NCBI RefSeq assembly: GCF_002113885.1
Contig: NW_018408801.1
Location: 115,060-179,059, forward strand
DNA length: 64,000 bases
Reading direction: 5' to 3'
Source: Mizuhopecten yessoensis
Taxonomy: Eukaryota
A model generated the notes under the pieces. It did no database searches. It saw nothing but the letters and a program-made list of their open reading frames with translations, and was not told the DNA's origin. Within the stretch, counting starts at the first letter, position 1. Each line of letters begins with the position of its first letter. The position numbers and the translations under genes were made by a program. Below, piece by piece: positions 12,101 through 25,300 of this stretch.

Positions 12101-13538
12101 TGTCTCTTTTTCGTGTGCAGCATCAACCATTTTCCATGCTTTCTCTATTTCCTGAAATCATTTATTATAGAACTTTGTGAAACGGTTGTTTTTTGTGTTT
12201 CATACCGGTAAACAAATATTTTATAAACGAAGTTTTAATATAGTGGAGCTGACACATTGGTTCTGACAATCTGAAATCATAAATTCCATGTACTTTAATT
12301 CTATATATGGGGGTAGATTGATTATTAGAAAATATTTAAACATAGAAATGATCAGTATTTAAAGAAACATATCCTTCCAGAAAATATTTTATTTTCGTTT
12401 TCTCCAGTAACCAATAGCTGAAGGGTACAAAAATTAAATTTGAAGAAAACTTTATCTGTTTTCTATGAATGTCATATTTGATTTCAACATTTTTAGCATT
12501 ATAAATATCCATTTTTCTGTGAGATAGACTTTACCTTTTTTAATGAGGTTATGGTATTCTGGTCCTCTTGTGATAGCTTCAGTGCCGTCGCAACTTTTGC
12601 GGAGTTGGCAACAATCTCTGCATTTAGTTCTCGACATTTTTGCATTAACCGCTTCTCACTTTCATGTGATTTCTTTAGAGCCTTGTGAAGCTTCTCATAT
12701 TCAGACCTGAACTTCTCCAAGCTTCGGTCACCGGTAAGTTGTTGAAGGACCTGTGAAAAAGAGGATGGTTTACAGATTGCCCGTCACTATCTACCATTTT
12801 AAGATGGTTATTTACACAATGTATCTTATCATTATTTTATTCAGATAAAGGAGATATACCTACCACATACATAAGTCCAACATATAAAAGAGATAACATC
12901 ACAATTTTATCACATTAGATTTTGAAATTTGATTGTAAAAGAGCTGATATACTAGAAAACATTCATTTTAGCTGGGGTTAAGATGAACCATTTTTTGTGA
13001 CAGTATAACAAGATATAAATTAAACACACTTATAATTCGGAGGGGTGTTTTTGCAATAACTTTGCAAATTAGCAATCTAACATAAGTAATCGTTAAAGTG
13101 TTACAAGTGTTGCTGCTATAGTACGTTCTGTTAGTGTTTTTTCACTTACCTCCTGAAAATCCTTTTCCAGTGACTCAAAAGCACTGTCATCTATCCCAGT
13201 TTTTTCCTTATCTTTCTTTTCCTGAAAATATCAAATATCCAATGGTAAGACAACATTACTGTTTATACATGGTTTGATCGAAGCACAGGCACAGTAGTAG
13301 ATTTTGGATTTTAACTCGGGTATTAAATACCAGATACAAGCGCCTGTGGATCTAAGATAGCGTTACGATGACTGGATGACACTTGCAAAACGATACATGA
13401 TCTGATGATTATGTTGTATCGCGTAAACTTTTGTAGTTAAAAGAATTTTCTTCTGAAAAATAAACACTTTTGAAAACCATAAATATTAGCATATTTTAAA
13501 TCTATTTGAATGCATATAAATTAACTCACCTCAGACAT
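6030..13538 (-). CDS. CFAP58: Cilia- and flagella-associated protein 58 (CCDC147), 16 coding exons, ~877 aa coiled-coil protein
   Basis: Exons 13530-13538, 13150-13221, 12535-12750, 12003-12151, 11527-11683, 10438-10632, 10133-10270, 9628-9787, 9382-9464, 9021-9212, 8462-8623, 7860-8147, 7425-7648, 6899-7235, 6545-6678, 6030-6147 join with GT-AG sites into 2634 nt in frame. Recognised motifs: EKRLMQKCRELNAEIVANSAKVATALKLSQED, LYEAVRSDRNLYSKNLIESQ, ERDILGTQLVRRNDELALLYEKIKIQQ, ENPMNIHRWRKLEGSDP, C-terminal PRFTGGGF. Confidence 0.96.
6545..6678 (-). CDS. CFAP58: CFAP58 exon 15
   Basis: SMSSELNMYESQVNEYKYEIER...KKKEQQT. Confidence 0.95.
6899..7235 (-). CDS. CFAP58: CFAP58 exon 14
   Basis: REVHHIQTELLRERTRCKALEEELENPMNIHRWRKLEGSDP...KTKQMK. 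Confidence 0.95.
7425..7648 (-). CDS. CFAP58: CFAP58 exon 13
   Basis: VISERDILGTQLVRRNDELALLYEKIKIQQ...VEDLR. Confidence 0.95.
7860..8147 (-). CDS. CFAP58: CFAP58 exon 12
   Basis: DEITEMKRKLKIMNHQIDQLKEEI...RQKKELDQ. Confidence 0.95.
8462..8623 (-). CDS. CFAP58: CFAP58 exon 11
   Basis: VLGHMEDVKVREMQIFDYKKKIAEAETKLKQQQNLYEAVRSDRNLYSKNLIESQ. Confidence 0.95.
9021..9212 (-). CDS. CFAP58: CFAP58 exon 10
   Basis: NMLKAISSTQKQ...YQLEKERDRYINEASDLTQK. Confidence 0.95.
9382..9464 (-). CDS. CFAP58: CFAP58 exon 9
   Basis: LEASKKQAELDKKQIDDLVREKDILNK. Confidence 0.93.
9628..9787 (-). CDS. CFAP58: CFAP58 exon 8
   Basis: QKEDEVNQLKQETQRLNKIRE...IIGLER. Confidence 0.93.
10133..10270 (-). CDS. CFAP58: CFAP58 exon 7
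   Basis: ILNERALKDCDILNTRFQKLQ...VSELK. Confidence 0.93.
10438..10632 (-). CDS. CFAP58: CFAP58 exon 6
   Basis: LSQDIQVRNNEAQRESRKK...LEQQLKEQR. Confidence 0.93.
10870..11490 (+). mobile_element. Decayed Penelope-like element, GIY-YIG endonuclease end, in CFAP58 intron 5
   Basis: Frameshifted translation VYRFQCCAYGKDYTGKTR...FKEH...TTVGDHLKH...PHLYNKDCGYWIL resembles the PLE pattern VYxIxC..YIGxT.R..R.KEH..SAVxxH..LNRDxG. Confidence 0.6.
11166..11212 (-). mobile_element. SINE 3' tail inserted in the Penelope remnant
   Basis: rc aactgttgataggacgttaaacccata(caac)n, the gacgttaaa plus short-repeat tail pattern of mollusc SINEs. Confidence 0.5.
11527..11683 (-). CDS. CFAP58: CFAP58 exon 5
   Basis: VNELLKIKEDLTKERDEQL...EEKIQE; phase matches exon 4. 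Confidence 0.93.
12003..12151 (-). CDS. CFAP58: CFAP58 exon 4
   Basis: EIEKAWKMVDAAHEKETRARETIQSLKMEIANLSKLVEQGAGLTMGQEH. Confidence 0.95.
12535..12750 (-). CDS. CFAP58: CFAP58 exon 3
   Basis: VLQQLTGDRSLEKFRSEYEKL...TITSLKK; canonical splice sites. Confidence 0.95.
13150..13221 (-). CDS. CFAP58: CFAP58 exon 2
   Basis: EKKDKEKTGIDDSAFESLEKDFQE; CAG acceptor, GTAAGT donor. Confidence 0.9.
13530..13538 (-). CDS. CFAP58: CFAP58 coding exon 1 (MSE)
   Basis: ATGTCTGAG followed by GTGAGT donor; phase 0 fits exon 2. Confidence 0.8.
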
Positions 13539-13605
13539 TGTGTCTTGTTGTTTTTATCTCCGAGTCCTAATAATGTTAGTCTGTCTGTGTGTCATGTATA
13601 CAATC

Positions 13606-13620
13606 GTTGTCATGGGAAAC
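13606..13620. promoter_or_regulatory. RFX X-box in the CFAP58 promoter/5'UTR
   Basis: GTTGTCATGGGAAAC (rc GTTTCCCATGACAAC) is an imperfect palindrome matching the X-box consensus, ~70 bp upstream of a motile-cilia gene ATG. Confidence 0.75.
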
Positions 13621-15273
13621 TGTGGTTCAGCACTAAATATAATATACATATAGGTTATTATTTAAAAATATATTTGTCTTCAACAATAATCTATCCAAAT
13701 ACCAATACTATTCATCAGTAGAACATTTAAAAAAAAAATGTTTTTAGTTTAAAAAAGAAGTTTATTTTACGGAACGTGTGATAATATTACCTCCAATTTA
13801 AAAGAGCTCTCATATATTTAGCGGGAAATTTTAAACACTGCCATGTGCTCATCAGAAATCACGAGTCGTATATATTGCAAATGAAATGTTTTAAAGCTAT
13901 TTTTTAGGTGGTTTTATTTGGAATTTTAAGATAAAAATAACAACTGGAAATTGCCCTGCTGATGTTAGCAATTGATGATAACAGTTCTATAGTTTTATAA
14001 GAGACGTACATATATTATACTACTATGGCTTTATATGTCTCTGGTTTTATATCAGGTTATATTTCTATAAATAAGCAGAAAATGTTTCCTCATCGGAGAC
14101 ATGTCTGTCGAGGGACAGAGGAACATACAGTATATAGTCTGGGACTCCTCGACCAATATAAAAAAATTGGGGGGGAGGGGGTGGCATGGGCAGAGGNGCT
14201 GTGGGTACATTCCACGGGCAGGATTTGGATAATTGAACATTATGCTTGATTTTCTAAAACTAATGAGACAAAAAAAAATCTATGTATATCAAAATTGTAA
14301 TTTCACCGTTGTGATTTTTACATGTAACTTATACTGATCCGTTTCCGTATACAAGACATTCTCTAGCGAGTCCTGGTCACATATATATCTGCCGCCTTTC
14401 AATAAGCGTCTTTCTAGAACTAGAGACGTATATACCAATACTACGTCCATGTCTGGCTGCTAGAACGGAGGAGCCAATATTAATGTTGCTATATTTGTAA
14501 TCGTCAGTGGCATGGTCTAAAAGAGCATTATAATTTTAAACGGAATTGATTATAGACGTACATACATGTCTCGGAATGGATAAAATCACAACTCTATAAC
14601 TATTTCCTTGTAATTTATTAGATTGCTAGTCTATACATGGTTGAAAGTAATAAGATATAAGGTCTACTTATATGTTTAAAGGAGAGAAACAATTTAATAA
14701 TAGGATGTGATTATTTTAGTCTGTTTATGTAATCACTATGTACAGTCACGTGGTACAGTCAGTGTATATTCACGGATAAAAAATGTAGCGGGCATGCTTT
14801 TGCTGGACTCAGTAAATATTTTTTCATGCCATTTTTATGGTTATCAAATTAAAACACATTTTGCTTGTAGTATGTAGTATACGTCTCTGGTATCAGATAG
14901 ATTTTTTATCACTGGGTATGATAAAATTTTACTAAACGTGGATTCAAAAATCTAATTCCGTGATTTTACTACGATAATGAACCAGATTAATTGTGGTGAA
15001 AAAAAGAGTGCGAGTGTTTCCAGCAACTATATAGTATCGGCTGAGTCATATGTAAATGACAATGACTTTTTGTCATGCAATAGTGTCCGTCACGCATTCT
15101 TGTGAATGTTGGGAGAAGCGAGACAACTCTTTCTAATACGTCGTAAGAAGCTTTCCTATGACTCAGAATATACCTACCATTATTGGGGTCATGAACTTAT
15201 GCGGAAATGGTTGTAAATTGATGAAAAGGTGTATCAACATCATGTTTAGGTTATTTGAATCTTAAAAAGTAAA

Positions 15274-15354
15274 ATGCAGAGGAAGGAAAGTCGATGGATA
15301 ACCGAAGTATCGGTTCCAGACGTGGAGAAGAGACGAATACCAAGTAAACACTAT
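15274..15354 (+). CDS. SH3PXD2A: SH3PXD2-like exon 1 (PX start)
   Basis: [27 protein letters not shown] then GTAAGT. Confidence 0.9.
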
Positions 15355-18300
15355 GTAAGTTGACGGGAACGACCGTTGTTGACATTAGAACTAATTACCA
15401 ACTTTACATGCATTGTTTATAGTATAAGATTGGTCTACAACACCTGCTGCAGGTAGATTACAGATTATGAGATGTCATTTTGACCTATAGCCATTATTTT
15501 CAAATAGGACAGACTGTATACTGAAAAGTGTGTATTAAATATTATGTAAAGATTCAATAATCAACAGGATAGTATTTGTATAAATGTGTAGGTATATATC
15601 TAGTTGTATAGTGTTGTATACAACTGTATTGTAATCATACATACGTAGTTATTTGCCTCGAAAAAGGGATCGGTCGATACTATATAATGTATTACTATAT
15701 TTATGGTTATGAAGGTGATGTATTTTACAAAGGTTTTGTTTTTACACATTAATGTTTAATGTTAGGTTTGTTCATTAAATACCTTTACTTTTATAAATTA
15801 TTTAAGTAATATAAGTGATCTTTACATTAAAGATGTACAACTCAACATTTTATTAATAGAGGGTGTTGTTCATTATCTAGAGGCAGAAGACCGAGGCCAA
15901 ATAAATGAAACATAGATACATTTTAATTATACCCCCCCACCCCCACCCCACCTTCTTGCTTGTTTCCAGAGCAAACTGTGTCTTATCATGTTAGCTGTTG
16001 TGCCACAAATCGGCATCAGACTTTGTTCATAGTTATATTGTGGAAGGTGATATGTCACATTCTAAATTCAGGTCACTGTGACCTCTATTTCACCTCTGAC
16101 CTTACTTCAAGTTCTGAAATAATGGTTTTTGGAGCATATCTCTGCCACTGTGTCATGAATGGGCATCAAACGTACATGTATATATACTGAAGGAACATAT
16201 GTATTATTGGAAGATGGTGTGTCACATCTTAAAACCAGGTCATTATGACCTCAATTGGATGTTTGACTGATCTAAACTTATAAGTACTAAAATAATCGTT
16301 TCTAGATTATATTTCAGACACTGTTTCAAGAATGGGCATCAAACTTTGTATATATAGGTATACATCATGGGAGGCAGTGTACATGTGTAACATCATAAAA
16401 CCAGGTCACTGTGACCTCAATTCGACCTTGAACTCCAGTACTAATTTAATGGTTTCCGGAGAATATCGTTGCTGCTGTTTCACATGATGGTACATGATAT
16501 ATCATGGTAAGGATGTATGTCGCATCCTAAATAAGGTCACTGTGACCTATATTTGACCTTGACCGCAATTCCTTAAATACTGTGTAATACAGATTTTCCC
16601 AGCATATCTTAGACTTTGTAGAAATGCTGTGAGCAAGGGCATTCGTAAAGCCCATGCTTCAAGTTAAATCTAGTATTCCTACTCCTGACATACAAAAAGA
16701 TATGTACTTGTAAAAGGATCCAACCGAATCGGTGTGAATTATCTGAAGGCTATTAGGGGACCCAAGGTTATAAAAACAGGTGTGGTTCCCATTAGGGCAG
16801 AGGGGGAGGCCCACTTAAAGGAAATATAGGTAAATCTTTGAAATCCTAATTCCTAATTACAGATGAAGGGATTCTTAACCTCAATAAGTTTCAGAGTTAA
16901 TTTAAGGTCCATGGACTTTGTATTGTTTTCTATTAGTTTTTGAACTTTTTGCATTCAAAAGTAGTTCAGTGTACATGTACTTATCTTAACTGAATCTGCA
17001 TGTAACATATATGACCACATAATTTTAGCTTACACATATTGTACATGTAATAAACACATTTTCAAGTGGAAAAGGAAAGATGAATCACCAGTCAGCAGAA
17101 ATGTAAACAAATTAAGGCTACTCTAGAACGTTCATGAGAATAGACACAGCTGGTGTGATTAACCGACTATCACACTGTACTGTATATCAGTGTAATATAC
17201 AGCTCTACAAATCCTCACATTGTGTCTTCTGTATGATATGTATTTTTCTCATCAATGACCATCAAATTATGTTGTCTGTATGAAATTAAGTCAGTAGGAA
17301 TATAAATGATATGATTTATAACTAATGTCATTGATAAAGAGTTTTTCTTCAGACATAAAACATACATGTACAGCTAAATAAAAGTGAGAGAGTTACTTTC
17401 TTTTACCGTCATATTGTCATATCAAGAACTGGTAATAGATACTATAAGACACTATATACATTGCCATTTTACAAATAGAAAATAGTATGCGAATATGATT
17501 AAAATGAGAGTTGTTGTAATGTAGTAGGACCAGACTAATTAATCACACCTGTATGTGCTGATAGGTTCCCTGTAAGATCCATCACCTGTTACATAGCTTT
17601 GTGCTTACCTATTTGACAGGTATACATCGTCAACGTTACCTGGTCAGATCACACTATCACATGCCTGTACAGGAGGTACAGCCGGTTCTTTGATTTCCAG
17701 GTAAGTGAACTTATTAATTTGTAACACCTGTAATCAATTAGATAAGTGCACTAGATACGGTAAGTTTGACATTATTGTAATTTTGATTATGAAGACATCT
17801 CGTCACAGGTCTAGTAAATTGTGAACTTAGGTTTTAAAGTTTCCTGGTCAATGTATTACCGTATATGCTATATCCCCATATTAATTTAGATGGTGGTCAG
17901 CATACCTGTGGGTTATCACACAGATTAATGTGTATCAATGCTGTCCAAACAGTCAGTTCCCCTACAGGCATATATACATGGCAGGGACAAGTTCAGGTTA
18001 CCTGTATAAATGTATCTGTGTAGGGTTGATTAAATATTCTTGTTTATTAGTTCTTCTTTATTAAATTACATCCATTCCTGAAGCAACATAAAATACTGGT
18101 TCCTATTTATTTACTGAATACTTCCTAAAGTAGCACACTTAGTGTCTTGCCAACCTTTCACCTGCGTGTTATAGAGAGAAATCCTTGAAGAGACAGACAT
18201 CATTCAATGAAGAATCTTGAGTTCTAAATAGTGGAATTTATCTTGTTTGCTTCATGCCACAGAAAAACCATGTCATTTAATATAAGCGCTGATTCAAGCT

Positions 18301-19243
18301 CTGGCCCACTTAAGGATGTACATGTACGCTACCATGAATTTATGCTAGAGCTATCTCCCATTACTAGTTTAATTAACATTTTAGTTATAATAATTTAAAA
18401 TTACTTCAATAACTTAACAATTTGTAATCAAATCATTATGCATATATAATTAATCAAGACTGATACTATTACTCATAAAAGATATCTGCTAAATGATTTC
18501 TGAACAAACAAATAGTATTGCATGTTAAGGGGAGGGGGTGAGGTGGAGAAGGGGCATGATAAATAGCATGGCATGTGGCATGTACATTAGAATTGATACT
18601 GGAGATTTTAAGCAGAAATGGATTTTCAGTAAAAATAGGAATCAAATCTCTGTGCAAGTATAATTACATTAAGAATAGTAAGGTATCTTATCTTCATTAA
18701 CCAGATTAACCAGATGTAATTGTAAGTTAACAATGAAATTATCAAATGTAATTAGGGTTATATATGTCAGATGGAAAACCAAAATAAAGTAATGTATTAT
18801 TCACATGTTTGACTAGAAAGCATTGCAGTAATATTATTTTAAAATGGATTTGTAATCAGTTAATGATGTTAATGTACCTTATGAGGAAACAGACATAAAG
18901 GTAAATACTAGATGTAATGCACTATTTTAACTGCTGGTTTACGGCTGTGATGCATCAAAAAAAAAAAAATGCAAATTTTATTCTATATCTTTATTTGATG
19001 AGCACTGCTGAATTTAAAATTTGTTTTGTTATAATTTATATCCTAAATAATTAAGGTGAAAATTCCCTGCTGAAAGAGCCTGTTAATGGGGGCTGGTGCA
19101 GCTGGCCCTGAATAATGAGCAAAAAGCACTAGTACTTATTACTAATGATTATGCAATGCGTGTATTGTAAGATATGCCATAAATAATTTTTCATGTTATC
19201 TAAAAGATCATGATCAGACACACTTTTCCTAGTGGCTGATCCA

Positions 19244-19302
<59 letters not shown>

Positions 19303-22300
19303 AAGCTTTAATTGCCTTCATTTGCAGAAAGGGATTTTTTATACACCCACAAAATGGAGCATGTTATGCTATCATGCCAGAGGTCCATCCCTCAACACTT
19401 TCCTGTGAGTGCAACTTGTCTTACAGTTTTCAACCGAGACAGAACTGCTTCAAAATGTGTATGTGTTAGGGGAATCACATGAAGATTTGCATATCGTAAA
19501 AACAGAATCCTGCTCCACTTTTTGCAAGAGTTATGGCCCTTTAAAACTTTGTAATTCTTTCTTGTTAATGCCACGATATATAGTCCCATAGTTTACAGAC
19601 CTATGTGTTACAGATATTTCATGTTTCACATTGCTTGAAAACATGATCATGCAAAAAAAATTTACCAGAGTTATTATCCTTTGATTGTTAAGATTTTTCT
19701 TGTGAGTGCAATGTTGCCATTTTTTTGTTTTATGTGTCTTTGCATATATCATAAGAACAGGATCCTATGTCAACTTTTACTAGAGTTATGGTTCTTTGAA
19801 GCTTACATTTTATTTTTGTATGCCTTAAACAAGCCCCACAGTAACCCAGTGTTACAAAATGTTCTATATGTCACTGTTATATGAAGATTCACATATCATA
19901 AAAGCAGGATATCGATCCTGCTCTTGTTTTCGTTAAAAATGAGAGATTTGGATTTATTCCAATTTTAGACCTGAAAGCAAATGGGATGGGAAGGATTTGA
20001 ATAAAGTTCTGAAACTTGGGCCTTTTCCAAATTCTTTTTAATCATGTGATCTAGTATTCCAAAGGTTATGCACTGTTTTAATTGGTAAGGATTCACATCT
20101 ATCATTCACACTTATGTTATTTTATCTTTTCTCAGCAGTTATAATATGTATGGTAAAATGTTTACGGTATATCCTAAGAGAAATAACAATAGTGGTTTTG
20201 TATTTTGTACCATACATAACCTGTTATTGCTTTTAGAGTAAACACATAAGTGTATCTTTGCTTCCCCCTGTTGACATAAGTCCTTGAGGAAGTCCTGTGG
20301 TCTGGTCGTATCTAACGTCACATGGTGTTACCGTCAGAGGTGATTCTTACCAACCCTGCAATCACAAACATCTTACTTTCTTCAATTTAACAGAATGAAC
20401 TACTGGACAAGTTTCCCTTGGAGGCAGGCCTGCTTGATCCTATGAAAAGGATTATACCATTTTTGCCAGGTAGGTTAGACTGAGTACTTCTATAAGCTTG
20501 CCAAGTATGAAAGATATCACAGATAAATGCTTTGAGGAAAAAAAAGGACAAATTAAAAAAATTGTAATGGATATCTGTTGTGACATAGGTCGAGTACACT
20601 TTGAAGCTAACTTATGGTTGATAATGTATTTTTGAGGAAGTTACATGTACGTGTATGTTTTTCACATTATTTATAGTAGCTTTTTGTGAGTGAGTCATAA
20701 TAATTGGCATGAATATCACAATCAGTGTTACAAATGTTAATAAGAATAGTATCATATTGATATATACAGGAATATGCTTATGTAAATAAAAGAATGGTTT
20801 TTCAATGATATACAGTATTCTATGGTATTAATATGAAATGCAGATTTTTATTCTATACATATATGTAAAGTTGTAAGAACATGATTTGTACCTGGAACTG
20901 TACACGTACAATGTAAGTGTTCAACATATACCGTAGCTATAACAAGGTCAAGGCTAGCATTCATTTGCTGCTGATTTGGATGTCACCAAATTTCACACAA
21001 AAAAAATCTGCAAATTAATGTACATATATACGTACTAGACATATGTTTGTATCCGCTCATCATCTTTACACTGTATGCTCCGGAATACTTACCTATAAAT
21101 CAAGGTTATTACCTGTATACAGAGGTTATTACCTGTAATATTGGGGTAATTATCTGCACATCGGTGTATTACTAAATACAGGGATTATTACCTGTATTGA
21201 AGGGTTATTACTGGTCAACAGGGTTTATTTATATATCATAATACCTGTATTCCAGGTTATTTACCTGTATCCAAGCTAAGGGTTATTACATATACCTTTA
21301 TTCAGGAGTTATTACTTGTATGCAGATGTTATTACCTGTATATTGGGATTATTACCTGTATATAAGGGTTATTTTCTGTACATCAGGGTTATTACCTGTA
21401 TACAGGGGTTTAGGGTTATTACCTGTTTATCTCGGTTTGTATGTACTGTATACAAGGGCTATTACCTGTATACAGGGGTTTAGGGTTATTACATGTTTAT
21501 CTCAGTTAGTATGTACTGTATACAAGGGCTATGGAACCTGATCTTATCATAATACATTTAAAACAGGTATGAGATGTTTTCCGTTGTGTAGTAACATGCA
21601 CTGTAACTTGTCTAAAACAAGAGTTCTGGTCTTTATTTATATAATCCTGTCTTCCCCCTTGTGTAGTGTACGGGACACAGGACAAGGTTTGGGATACCCC
21701 CCACTCCACACACACAAACACACTAGTGTATATACTGGATATGTTATGTACTGGACAAGAGTTAAAAACTCAACTCCCTGTGGTGTAGGTATTTGACAAG
21801 ATTTTGTTAAATGCCTTAATTAAGGGCTCGGCTAAGTTCGATGACCACTTTCAGCGGACCCCATTTGGTGCAATAACAACAACAAATGTAAACCAATTTT
21901 CTTCAAACTTTGTACCAGGGTTAAATGTCTTAAGGGCTCAGCCAAGTTTGATGACCATTTTCAGCAGACCCCATTTGACGGAGTTATGGCCCCTTAAATG
22001 ACGAAAAACATTATTATCTTCTGTTTCTGTTCATTAACTCTCGCAAATAGTATCCGATTGTCTTCAAACTTAGTAACAGGGTTTAACGCGTTAAGGACTC
22101 GGCCAAGTTTGACAACTTCTTTAATTGGACTCCATTTGGCAGAGTCATTATCTACAGTTTCCGCTTTAAATAACTCTAGCAAATATTAGATAAGGGTTTT
22201 TTTTCTTCAAGTTTCAAGCTATACATCATGTCTCAGCAGCACGATATTCACATGTTTAAACCTAACCTCAATGATGTTTACCTACAATATGTCCTGAAAG

Positions 22301-25300
22301 CGGGGGATATAAATTCCACGAAAAGGATGTAAAGCCTCATCAATCAATCAATCGTGGTACTACAAGTACCTTCCCTGTAGTCTGGTTGGCCTGTAGTTTG
22401 CACAATAATCAAGTTTTGGAAAATAAATTACTTCAACCCACCTTTAAGGTCACAGGGATCCAATGTGTTATAACTTCTTATGATGACAAATATATGAGGC
22501 CTAGAGAAGTGATATGTAGAAGTATGTTATTGCTAATAAACTAGGTACACATTTTGGTACCAAATACTGCAAATAAACCAAGATGCATGCATTGGGTTAA
22601 TGAAATTTGGCCTGTGATTGTATTTGCAGAAACATCACTGTTACAGGGTAAAACATGTAAAAAGGTTTCAAATAACTTCTTCTTTAGAACCAAAATATCT
22701 AGGATCATAATAAAGGACATGCAGCTTGCTGGTTAAATGGGCTAGTAAATTTTGAAAACATTGGATTACCTTGCAGTTGATATAGATATGTATATATACA
22801 ATATATGAAAGGCCACATGTGTCAAATAAATGTGTTACAACAGGTAATATTCTGGTAAGGTGAGTGATTTGTAGGCCCTATGGGCCTCATGTTTTTCTAT
22901 GCTCTATATCTGCTTAGGAAACACTAAAGAGACTAATTAAGTTACCGGGATACTTGAAGTCTTTATCTTTTCCTTTTTGATCCTTTTACTACAGCTTATT
23001 AGCTTCCAGATTCTTCACCTGACAGACACTTATGTTTACTTATTTCTATCCTTTTGCCCTGTTTATAATTAGCTGCTAAGACTTAATCAACCAAACAAAC
23101 AAATCAGTACCTAAGGAATAAGTTATGTTCTAAATATAGCTTATAGGGTGTAAGGACAGCTGGAGGTCACTGGGGTTAATTAATTTCATGCAAGATAAAA
23201 GGAAAGCTTATTCACATGCATACTAAGAAATCTCAAGTCTTGTGTGATGGTCATTTTGTAGAGATGACCTGGGGTAATTTCTGTGTATAAATAATGTAGA
23301 GGTTACAAGAGGTCATTTCTAAGTAAATGCCAATACATGTACAAGAGATGACCAGTTGACCAGAGGTCTTTTACAGGTAGTTATTTAAAGATACTTAGAG
23401 ATCATTTTAGTGTTAAAGTCACTATGTACCTGAGATCATCAGAGATTCTTTTTGTGTGTAAAGGTCATTGAAGTTATGATGAAAGGTTGACCATGTATCT
23501 GTAAATGATCACAAGGGAAATATATGGTCTATCTTATAGATCTCATGTACAGTTCATTGAATACCTAATTAGAGGTCATAGCTGTAATGATAATAGTTTA
23601 CAATTAAATAGGTCATCTATATTATAGATCAGTGTAGAGGTCATTGAAAACATGAAGAAAGGTCACAGATGTATCTATAATTATGACAAAGGAAATATTT
23701 CATCTATCTTATAAATTAATGAAGATGTTAAATTACTAAAGACCTCATTCAGGATCAATGAAAAGGTCATTGAAGACCTAATTCAAGGCCATATCTCTAA
23801 TATAATCATGCACGATGTAAAATAATTTGATCAATCTAATGTGAAGGTCATTGAACACCTTATTAAAGGTCATAGCTGTAATGCAATTTTGTATGATGTA
23901 AATTAGTTAGGTCTGTCAATCTAATGTAAAGGTCATAGAAGACCTAGTTGGAGGTCATATACCTATAATGATTACAGTTTACAATGTGATAAGTTATCTA
24001 TATCACAGGTCCGTGTAAATTATATTGATCATGAAGACTTAATGGAAGGCAATATATGGTGATCATGATGTAAAATTAAATAGGTCATCTATATTATAAA
24101 GGTCATTGTAATAATATTTTTATCTACATGTGTTATTATGTTTTAAAATGCACGAGTAACTGTACATTTCAAACAATCGTTGATGACTCAAAGTGTACAA
24201 ATCATAAGTAGAAAGGAAATAGTGAGTCAGAAATTACGGAAGTGTTATATTATTGTTATTAGTACTAGTATTGCCTTACTGCTATATTGACCTTTTAATG
24301 CAAACACAGGGAAGATCTACTTTGGGAGGAGCCATATTCGGGATGTTGCCTTGAAGAGACTTCAGCCTATTAATGATTACTGCAAGGTACAATAAGGTTT
24401 AAATCAATGCATTTGGACATCAGTCAGTTTGTATGTGTGTATTTGGAGGTTAAGTGGGTTGTATGTGTGTACGTGTATTTAGACATCATTCAGATTGTAT
24501 GTGTGTGTTTTGAAATCAAATGGATTGCATCTGTGTATTTGGACATTAGCTAAATTGTTTATGTGTATTAAGACATCAGACATGTTGTATGACTTGTGTG
24601 TTTAGACATCAGTAAGGTTGTATATGAGGTTCTGGACATGGTTTTAGTTGTAAGTGTGTATTTTGACATCCTTTTAGTTGTATGTGTGTATTTTGACATC
24701 CTTTTAGTTGTATGTGTGTATTTCAACATTATTTTAGTTGTATGTGTGTATTTTGACATCCTTTTAGTAGTATGTGTGTATTTCGACATTATTTTAGTTG
24801 TATGTGTGTATTTCGACATTATTTTAGTTGTATGTGTGTATTTTGACATCCTTTTAGTTGTATGTGTGTATATTTTGACAACATCTTAGTTGTATGTGTG
24901 TATATTTTGATAACATTTTAGTTGTATGTGTGTATATTTTGACAACATTTTAGTTGTATGGGGTGTATTTGAAAATTTGAAAGGTTTTTTGTGTGTATTT
25001 GGACATATGTCAGGTTGTTTGTGTGTATTTGGACATATATCAGGTTGACCGTTGTTTGTGTGTATTTGGACATCATTCAGGTTGTTTGTGTGTATTTGGA
25101 CATCATTCAGTTTGTTTGTGTGTATTTGGACACATGTCAGGTTGTTTGTGTGTATTTGGACATCACTTATTAAGTATTATGTGTGTATTTTAACATCATT
25201 CAGATTGTATGTGTGTATTTGGACATCATTCAGATTGTATGTGTGTATTTGGACATCATTCAAGTTATATATGTGTTTTTGCACATAGTTTAACTGTGTG

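Noticed and set aside
7111-12211. Plus-strand Leu/Ser-rich ORFs
   Set aside because: Antisense shadows of the Glu/Lys/Gln-rich CFAP58 exons.
13995-14890. Repeated gagacgta / tacgtctc motifs as TIRs of a promoter MITE
   Set aside because: Matches are short, no TSD could be assigned, and an N at ~14198 marks uncertain assembly.
19251-19469. Cys/Val-rich ORF
   Set aside because: Translation of a (GT)n microsatellite.
24568-25288. ORFs with 10-aa repeats ([28 protein letters not shown])
   Set aside because: Translations of an intronic 30-bp minisatellite that is open in several frames on both strands.
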